From Selaginella moellendorffii (taxonomy: Eukaryota; Plantae; Lycopodiophyta): a stretch of 64,000 bases of DNA. The notes beneath the pieces were generated by a model that was not told where the DNA came from, did not search any database, and saw only the letters and a list, made by a program, of their open reading frames with translations. Where the stretch lies: assembly GCF_000143415.4 (NCBI RefSeq), contig NW_003314346.1, forward strand, positions 420,657-484,656. The letters are read 5' to 3'. Positions 63,601 to 64,000 of the stretch are shown in pieces (the stretch's first letter is position 1; every line of letters begins with the position of its first letter). The translations under genes and the position numbers were made by a program.

Positions 63601-64000
63601 GCTCCATATGGTCAAAATGTACCCATGCATTTGCAAGGTCACTGGACCCAAACATGTCCATTCGGGAGACAAGATCTACGCCAGAGGCAGGGCCCATGGT
63701 AGACATTTTGAAGACGAAGGGGCGCTCTTGCTCATTCACAACTTGGTCTGGAAACAAACTTTCGTGGATGAACTCGTATGGACAAGTCCGTTTCAATTCA
63801 AGGATGGAGTCAATTTTTGATTGCAACTTCCCCTCTCGAGATTCACACATCCAAGATTTTATCCTAAACAATATAATGTAAGAAAAAATTATTATTATAA
63901 CGTATGAAAAATAATGGATGTACCTCCTTAGGCTAGTAGCAAGTTGTACTCCTCGTAGTAAGTCCCACAAGCTAGCCTCGTTTAGTTGAGTCTTTTGGCA
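60607..64000 (-). mobile_element. Mutator-like (MULE/SWIM) DNA transposon running off the window
   Basis: Spliced transposase with HFDH, GFMADGAGANWNGIRAVF and CEFHWAQ, plus SWIM CTCPDF..CKH in 61694-62764. In-frame TAG at ~63190. Putative G-rich terminus with TTGAGCTC repeats at 60607-60665. Confidence 0.75.
61150..61602 (+). CDS. 150-aa zinc-finger protein (zf-XS-like) carried inside the MULE
   Basis: Intact ATG ORF, TATAAAA ~120 bp upstream, an acidic patch and CPIC-x-YDG..LATH-x-H. Confidence 0.55.
   Translation: MSMGSSVGNFNSHNLSSQGSRARRCNNYPIAQHNQITQENEREDSEDSDHELEINAMTEGATNWVKKNALLLVLEKCNSATFKKCPICFLASGGNNGNDQYDGIYALATHCNITHPKDYHEIFFEMVKTEMETHEYYEQYCEKNTRKHIK

Overview
Eukaryotic nuclear DNA from a compact-genome land plant with flagellated sperm. 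The mostly ~50-60 nt introns, sub-100 bp intergenic gaps, a central-pair SPEF2/CPC1 gene and a CVNH gene suggest the lycophyte Selaginella (inference). Positions ~0.9-47.5 kb are gene-dense: DUF1295, dirigent, SPEF2/CPC1, GT29, a CapF-like cupin, AMMECR1, TPR-SET, MnmA, ERF-EAR, PPR, MAK16, CBR, CPN60A, CVNH, CYP74, COBRA, TL29/APX4, F-box, CMS1 and NLP1/CPA. This block is interrupted at ~10.1-14.85 kb by a decayed gypsy remnant, two fold-backs and a collapsed duplicate of the SPEF2 3' end. Positions ~47.6-64 kb are an AT-rich island containing a frameshifted S-protein homologue (SPH), followed by nested transposons: a solo LTR with TSD, a gypsy pol, an LTR+PBS element and a MULE/SWIM DNA transposon. 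The most notable observations are (1) a 46-nt GT-AG intron-like insert with a branch site and GACAG direct repeats inside the retrotransposon integrase, whose removal restores [13 protein letters not shown] exactly; (2) a MuDR-like element carrying a convergent second gene with an SGS3 zf-XS-like finger; (3) the hidden SPH gene; and (4) a GT29 gene followed 87 bp later by a membrane-anchored CapF/WbjC-type cupin. Gene models were assembled by eye and family calls rest on recalled motifs, not database searches.
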